Of a stretch of DNA of 63,006 nucleotides, positions 58,067 through 63,006 are shown piece by piece. Position numbers and translations under genes: made by a program. Position 1 is the stretch's first letter. Each line of letters begins with the position of its first letter. The stretch comes from a virus (lineage: Duplodnaviria > Caudoviricetes), in IMG/VR virus record IMGVR_UViG_3300037840_000064, positions 1 through 63,006 of that record. One strand, 5' to 3'. Under the pieces are notes generated by a model, which worked only from the letters and a program-made list of their open reading frames with translations, did no database searches and was not told where the DNA came from.

Positions 58067-58245
58067 CCGACCGTCAGTCCTCACCCTGCCCTCATCCGGC
58101 AGGGTGAACTGCTTTTAAGCAGCATCGCCAAGCTAGGCGTCGCAGAGATTGTTCGTCAAGGAACAGTATTAGAATCGCGCTTAACCCACCACATTTTGGG
58201 GGTAGCGGGGATAAGCTGTGAATAGCCCGTTTTGAGCAAACAAAC

Positions 58246-58788
58246 TCAATCGTTCGGAAACCCCATAACCATCGGTATTTCTTGCCGATTCTGAGTGAGA
58301 AGGCCAATAAAGAAAGGGATTTTCTCGGCTTTGATGCTCACGTTAGCCGTAAGGCTTTGAAATAACAGCGCGACCATGTACTGGCCCGGCCCCTGGTCAG
58401 CCTTCACGACGCCCTTCTCCCGCTGGCCGCGCAGCGCGACTCCCACGCGCTTCGTCATAAGCCGTAGGAGCTTTTGATCCTCGCGGTTCAAGGCGCGCTC
58501 TGTGAGCAATTGCAGGGCAACGTCGCGGCACGTAAGCGGCTCGTTCGCTTGCCGTAGGATGGACAGGCAAATCCGGGTCATCTGGCCCCGGTTGCTCCAA
58601 TCCTTGGGCGGGCGGAACGCCTTCGGCTGGATCGTTTCGAGCTTAAAATCCGGCTCAAATTGCAGGATCGTGGCGTCGATGTTTTCCAGGTCCAGAACCA
58701 TGCGCCGTAAGGCTTCATGGGCCTTCTCAATATCGCCCGCCAGTTGGGCGCGGCGCTTGACCAGTCCTGAAACAACGAAGGCGTTCAT
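58246..58788 (-). CDS. Hypothetical protein with coiled coil and winged-HTH-like region (element passenger)
   Basis: VSGLVKRRAQLAGDI..LSILRQANEPLTCRDVA; C-terminus after GPGQYM may be read-through into unrelated sequence. Confidence 0.7.
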   Translation of the reverse strand: MNAFVVSGLVKRRAQLAGDIEKAHEALRRMVLDLENIDATILQFEPDFKLETIQPKAFRPPKDWSNRGQMTRICLSILRQANEPLTCRDVALQLLTERALNREDQKLLRLMTKRVGVALRGQREKGVVKADQGPGQYMVALLFQSLTANVSIKAEKIPFFIGLLTQNRQEIPMVMGFPND

Positions 58789-58863
58789 GCCGGAATCGGT
58801 AGCATTTCCGGTAGGATAGGCCTATAGTCTGGCAGGTGAGTTTGCTACCTAATGCCGCATTTT

Positions 58864-59376
58864 TCATTTGAGGGTATGCAAAACCAACGGCATGACGATG
58901 GAAATAATGAGTGCCAAGCCAGCAATCAGCATAGTTACGCCGCTGTTTGTGACTGCCGTCGTTTCATTCCTGACGCGCGTTGCTCCTAATTGTTGGTCAA
59001 CCTGCTTGGTCTGTCCCGCCATATTGGCAACATACGTCGAGAGAGGCTGAATCGATGCGGCAACTTCTCGCAACGCCGAAGCCAAATCTTCCTTGGTTGC
59101 GTAGCTGCCGCGCTCGCTGCTTATTTGCTCGCGGAGTTGATTGGCCTTCTCGTCCTTATAGCTTTGAATTTCGCGCGCCAGTCCAAGTGCGGCCTTGTCG
59201 GCTTCTTCCTTGATCTTTAGCGCCTTCTCACGCTCAATGTTGACTTCGGAATAGCGTCTATCGCGCTCGGCCGCGAATTTCTCATTGGCAGTCTCGAGTG
59301 CCTCCCAATGTTCTTGGAGAGTGATTGTGCCTTCTCGTTTGAGAAGGTGTTGATTATTGTCCCCGGCCCCAGCCAT
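58864..59376 (-). CDS. Coiled-coil protein with C-terminal TM segment (lysis region)
   Basis: Helical body with a single C-terminal hydrophobic segment. Confidence 0.7.
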   Translation of the reverse strand: MAGAGDNNQHLLKREGTITLQEHWEALETANEKFAAERDRRYSEVNIEREKALKIKEEADKAALGLAREIQSYKDEKANQLREQISSERGSYATKEDLASALREVAASIQPLSTYVANMAGQTKQVDQQLGATRVRNETTAVTNSGVTMLIAGLALIISIVMPLVLHTLK

Positions 59377-59378
59377 CG

Positions 59379-59798
59379 CTATGCCACCGAAGGTTTCCCA
59401 AAATGCCCGTTGACGTAGGTGTTCAGCCGCGAGTTTATTTCGTCGACGCGCCTGCCTTCGGCCATCTGCCGGTCCTCGATGCGATCGATCCGGCCGCTTT
59501 GCTGGGCGAGCGTAACGAGCACGCTGCTTAACGCTTCGATGCCTTTTTTTAATTCCTGGATTTCCTTGGATTGCTGGGCGCCGATCATTTCAAATCTGGT
59601 AGCCATGTTGGCCATGCGCCAGACAATTGCGCCTCCCCCCGCTATAACGCTGATAATTTCCAGCGCTCGCAAGATGTTTTCCAAATCCGCGCTGCTCATC
59701 CAATCCATCGTTATCCTAACAAACCCGCCAATACTTTCGCATTCATCCACAAGTCCCAAGACTAAGGTATGGCCGGCATTGTCGCGCGGCCATACCAT
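59379..59798 (-). CDS. TM plus coiled-coil protein (holin/antiholin-like)
   Basis: IISVIAGGGAIVW TM followed by heptads; start probably the internal MDWMS. Confidence 0.6.
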   Translation of the reverse strand: MVWPRDNAGHTLVLGLVDECESIGGFVRITMDWMSSADLENILRALEIISVIAGGGAIVWRMANMATRFEMIGAQQSKEIQELKKGIEALSSVLVTLAQQSGRIDRIEDRQMAEGRRVDEINSRLNTYVNGHFGKPSVA

Positions 59799-59824
59799 AC
59801 CGACTGACGCTACTCCCCCGGCGC

Positions 59825-60577
59825 TTACCAGAGAACGCTAAATCCAGCGAGCACCTGATTGGTCAAACCGCCACTGGCCACTTTGGTTGGGATAGGGCCG
59901 ACGGTGATTGATTGCTGCGAAACAACGTCTTTGATGTAGGTTCGCAGTGCGAGGCCGTTGGACAACTGCTCCATCTGAACAATGCCGAACATAGGCGCTG
60001 CCCGGAATTCCTTGTTGCTCGACAGACCTTGGAAGTTGAGAGAAACGTCATTCCAGTGTACACCGCCCATGAGACCCACCTGGATATTCGATGCAGTCAC
60101 GCCCGCCGGCAGAACATTGAACGGCGGCAGTGTGCCCAGGTTGGGAGCGTTGGGAAGCCACTGCATCAGATTGGCGGCCGGTGTATAGGCAACGACCCTG
60201 AATTCGCCTTCGAGTGGGCCGCCAATGCTAAAGCCCTGTTGCGAGCCGTTGAAGTTTGTGCCGCCGACGTCGGCTTCGACAGAGTAAGCAAAGGGGCTGT
60301 TTTTTGCGCCCCAAGCGTAGCCTACGGTCGCGCCGAACGCGGCGTTCAGTTCAACGAGGCCATTGGGATTGACGGCACCACCGGGCACCGCTGCGGCACC
60401 ATTGACGGGACCACCGCCGCCTTCGGTATAGAGACCGAAGATGACGCCCGAACTTCCGTAAGGATAGCCGGTGAAAAGCGGGCTTGGCGGATTCGCCTTG
60501 GCCGCCATATCCGCCGCCATCGCCGCCGTCGAACTCAGGAGCGCAAGCGCCCCGAGGATTCCAAACAACTTGCGCAT
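59825..60577 (-). CDS. Outer-membrane beta-barrel protein (Omp25/RopB-like)
   Basis: Signal peptide then AADMAAKA..P, GATVGYAWG, SVEADV, C-terminal aromatic residue (AGFSVLW). Confidence 0.8.
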   Translation of the reverse strand: MRKLFGILGALALLSSTAAMAADMAAKANPPSPLFTGYPYGSSGVIFGLYTEGGGGPVNGAAAVPGGAVNPNGLVELNAAFGATVGYAWGAKNSPFAYSVEADVGGTNFNGSQQGFSIGGPLEGEFRVVAYTPAANLMQWLPNAPNLGTLPPFNVLPAGVTASNIQVGLMGGVHWNDVSLNFQGLSSNKEFRAAPMFGIVQMEQLSNGLALRTYIKDVVSQQSITVGPIPTKVASGGLTNQVLAGFSVLW

Positions 60578-60680
60578 GATTCTCTCTCCACTTGTGAAGT
60601 TACGATCATACGCCTAACAGAAAATACCGTGACTTTATTACAACATCACAGATTAAACGACGGGACCGAAAAAGTTTCTG

Positions 60681-61021
60681 GTTAGACTGGCTACCTTGGC
60701 GCTCGATTTTGTTGCGAGGATTTTACGGCCATAGAGGTCAATTTCAGTAAGCCTTCGGGTTCTGAAATGGCCAATAAAGCGCATCGGCGCGGCCCGTAAA
60801 GACAGCCCAAGCATGTTTCAGTCGCGAGCCGAGTGTGAACATGCCGTAGGGTCGCGCTGGTTCATAATCCCCGCCTTTGACTTGGCACGATGGCCCTTCT
60901 TTAATGTGTTTTATCAATTGCCGGATTGTCCATCCGTAAGGAGCTTGGTTCAACATTTTTCCACTCTCTATGGCCGTAAGAATCCCAAAGAACAATCGCA
61001 CGCCAAGGTAGCCAAGCTAAC
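60681..61021. mobile_element. Single-gene cassette 3 bounded by 57-bp inverted repeats
   Basis: IRs at 60681-60737 and 60965-61021. Confidence 0.8.
60744..60956 (-). CDS. Hypothetical cassette passenger protein
   Basis: Start MLNQAPY 8 nt after the repeat; YEPARP..RLKHAWAVFTGRADALYW. Confidence 0.7.
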   Translation of the reverse strand: MLNQAPYGWTIRQLIKHIKEGPSCQVKGGDYEPARPYGMFTLGSRLKHAWAVFTGRADALYWPFQNPKAY

Positions 61022-61178
61022 AAACAAACTTACTTTCCTGTCGGCGGCGCTTCCTGCACCGTTTTCAGAATGTTCATGAAGTTCGGGACCAGCGCCAAAA
61101 GAGTTGGCATCCCTATCTTTGGCACGATGGCTTCGATGTCTGCCGCATTCTTTTGCAGGACCAATGCGATTGTCGGAT

Positions 61179-61520
61179 TCATGCTGCCACCTTTGCGGCG
61201 ACCGCCTGCGCCGCCTGGATCGTAGGGACCACCTTATCGCTTGGCGCGGCAGATGCCTCGGCAGCAGTGGTCACGATGGCCTTGACGGAAGGATCGGCCG
61301 CCGCGCTCGCCAACCGGCTCTGCGTAGTCATGCCCATGCCGCTCAAGGTGCTCATGACGGCCGAGCCAACAAAAGCGATGATGCCGCACCATGCCGTGAT
61401 CGGCTTGATGAGTTCGGGCGGGACGGCATTGGTCAAGACCAGCGTGCCGCTGGAAATACCGATAGCGACGGTCACAAGAATGCTGATCCAAAAGCGTACA
61501 GTCGGGTCAATGTGAGGCAT
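61179..61520 (-). CDS. Putative holin (two TM)
   Basis: Two hydrophobic segments; downstream of the endolysin; AGGAG RBS. Confidence 0.6.
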   Translation of the reverse strand: MPHIDPTVRFWISILVTVAIGISSGTLVLTNAVPPELIKPITAWCGIIAFVGSAVMSTLSGMGMTTQSRLASAAADPSVKAIVTTAAEASAAPSDKVVPTIQAAQAVAAKVAA

Positions 61521-61773
61521 TGCGATCTCCTGTCATAGTGCAGCCAATTTCAACCCACTCCGATCCTTCGACCGCATACGGCTTGTGCCGGTCGAATTCG
61601 AGCGGGATAGCATTCATGCAATCGCCGGGATTATCAAACACCAAAGGCGGCGACGGGACGGTGTATCTGAGATCGGTCACGCGCATGGGTTGGTCGAACA
61701 CAACGCGCGTGCAGTCTGTCGGCGCATTGACCATGCAAGCCACGCCGAAGAAAAACCAGTGTAGCGGAGTCAT
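61507..61773 (-). CDS. Small Cys-containing hypothetical protein
   Basis: 88-aa ORF with four Cys in the lysis region. Confidence 0.55.
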   Translation of the reverse strand: MTPLHWFFFGVACMVNAPTDCTRVVFDQPMRVTDLRYTVPSPPLVFDNPGDCMNAIPLEFDRHKPYAVEGSEWVEIGCTMTGDRNASH

Positions 61774-61901
61774 CTAGCTGCATCCCGTCGTCAAACAATC
61801 AAGGTGAAGTTTTATCACGTAGAGCAGCCCAAGGCCAATGACGGGCATAGCGAGCTCGTAGATTGCAAAGGCAACGATGCCAATTACAGCGGCAACGGCG
61901 C

Positions 61902-62543
61902 CTAAACGCCAAGCTCGCGCTTCCAAAGTGCCGTCCATCGTTCCCGCTCCGCAAGGCCATTGAGACCGCCATTGAGCCGTTTGGTGGTATTGATGATGTC
62001 GCCCTTCTCCGCGAACGGCAGACAGCCGCACAGCACGAAATCCGCGACGCCACATTCGAGCGCGTGTTCGGGTGACGATAGGAGCCCTGGATCGGCGATC
62101 ACGTCAAGGCCAGTCGCTTCCTTGACTTTCTGATAGCCTTCCTTGCCGGTGCATTGAGATAGCCCGCGGCCCTGGAAATTGTAGCCATCGTCGGAGGGCG
62201 GCGGCGCATTGCCCATGCGGCCTCCATAGGCCACGTCGCAGATCATGCGCGGGTTATGCGCGTAGCGTTGTGCCATCGTGCCGGTGAAATGCGACGGCCA
62301 CAACCGCAGCAATTGCTCGGCGGTGAAGTTGTCGTTCTCCACCATTTCGAGGCCGGCGCCGCATTCCTCGCTGAATTGGCCAAACATCATGGCGACGGTC
62401 AGCGGCGCTTCAATCTTGTATTTCTCGAATACCGCGGGCGCGCTCGCCGCCATTCCCTCAATCAAACCGGGGACATGCTGGTCGCCGTGGGGCCAGAGCT
62501 TTTGAAGATGAAGCAGAAGTTCGATTGTCATTGGAGCATCCAT
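61902..62543 (-). CDS. Endolysin, glycoside hydrolase family 19
   Basis: GQFSEEC..VENDNF..YGGRMGN..DGYNFQGRGLSQCTGKEGY..TKRLNGGLNGLAER; start 62543 or 62531. Confidence 0.9.
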   Translation of the reverse strand: MDAPMTIELLLHLQKLWPHGDQHVPGLIEGMAASAPAVFEKYKIEAPLTVAMMFGQFSEECGAGLEMVENDNFTAEQLLRLWPSHFTGTMAQRYAHNPRMICDVAYGGRMGNAPPPSDDGYNFQGRGLSQCTGKEGYQKVKEATGLDVIADPGLLSSPEHALECGVADFVLCGCLPFAEKGDIINTTKRLNGGLNGLAERERWTALWKRELGV

Positions 62544-63006
62544 ACATAATACCAGTGAGCCACCATGAAGGAGAATCCACCCGCAGCAACGATGCAAACA
62601 CCGAGAATGACTTGCTGGCCGCGCGTCAGTTTCTCCGACTCATCCAATAACCGAAATGGAACCTCGCACGGATATTCTCTCTGATATTCGTCGGGAGGTT
62701 TGCGCATTGTCTCCTACCAGATGGTTGAACGTGAGACCGTGACCGCTCGTTCGGATTCTAATGACCCAGACAACCTAACGATCATTGCATTTCCGTCCTG
62801 GCCGGAATGTCCTTTTCAATCGCAGGTACGAGCCCCTCACTTTTCTTAATCAGAATACTCGCACGCCGCACAGATTCAACCCCTGCGTCCAGTGCTGTCC
62901 ACATCGGAACCGATATAATCAGTTCGGTCGGTTCTCCCTTGTTCACGATCCAGCATACCCCTTCGACGCCATCCATGAAGCCTACAACAACTTTTTGAGC
63001 GGAAAG

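Larger units (their letters stand above)
57480..58857. mobile_element. Non-autonomous IS1595-like element carrying two tRNA-like genes and one ORF
   Basis: Perfect 25-bp inverted repeats CGGCATTAGGTAGCAAACTCACCTG at 57480-57504 and 58833-58857; no transposase; no target duplication seen. Confidence 0.8.

Noticed and set aside
1-63006. Diversity-generating retroelement as in BPP-1
   Set aside because: No reverse transcriptase motif and no adenine-specific template/variable repeat pair seen; the capsid-fragment copies differ mostly at synonymous sites
1-63006. CRISPR array
   Set aside because: No regularly spaced direct repeats; the 57-bp repeats are dispersed and inverted
62782-63006. Proof that the window is a closed circular genome
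   Set aside because: Gene order would fit, but no terminal repeat is visible and joining the ends puts a stop in the terminal reading frame, so it is uninformative

Overview
The window looks like a near-complete genome of a GC-rich podovirus of the BPP-1/epsilon15/P22-like type, probably infecting an alphaproteobacterium (Hyphomicrobiales-type outer-membrane protein gene). No host flanks, integrase, CI repressor or DNA polymerase are recognisable. Minus strand 1-35.5 kb is the virion operon: terS, a split terL, portal, scaffold, major capsid, cement and staple proteins, adaptor, nozzle, ejection proteins and tail fibres. 35.6-41.4 kb (minus) holds cro, an MT-A70 methylase and a replication initiator. 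41.4-57.4 kb (plus) is a hyperplastic early region with a Sak4-like ATPase, Csp, RNA ligase, three more DNA methylases, HNH, Fic and an IS1595 element. 58.9-63 kb (minus) is a lysis region with a GH19 endolysin and an OMP. Most unusual observations: (1) seven virion-module proteins, including the T7-gp17-like tail fibre, carry Sec-type signal peptides and most have paired cysteines. (2) Three single-gene cassettes plus a solo end are bounded by an exactly 57-bp inverted repeat that supplies the RBS and sometimes the stop codon. (3) terL is split at the ATPase/nuclease linker by genes that fuse twin-arginine leaders to fragments of the phage's own capsid protein, and other small proteins copy capsid, scaffold and TerL termini. 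(4) A transposase-less IS1595-like element carries two atypical tRNAs. (5) A C5 methylase has a second subunit nested in another reading frame. All product calls are from motif recognition by eye; no database search was run.
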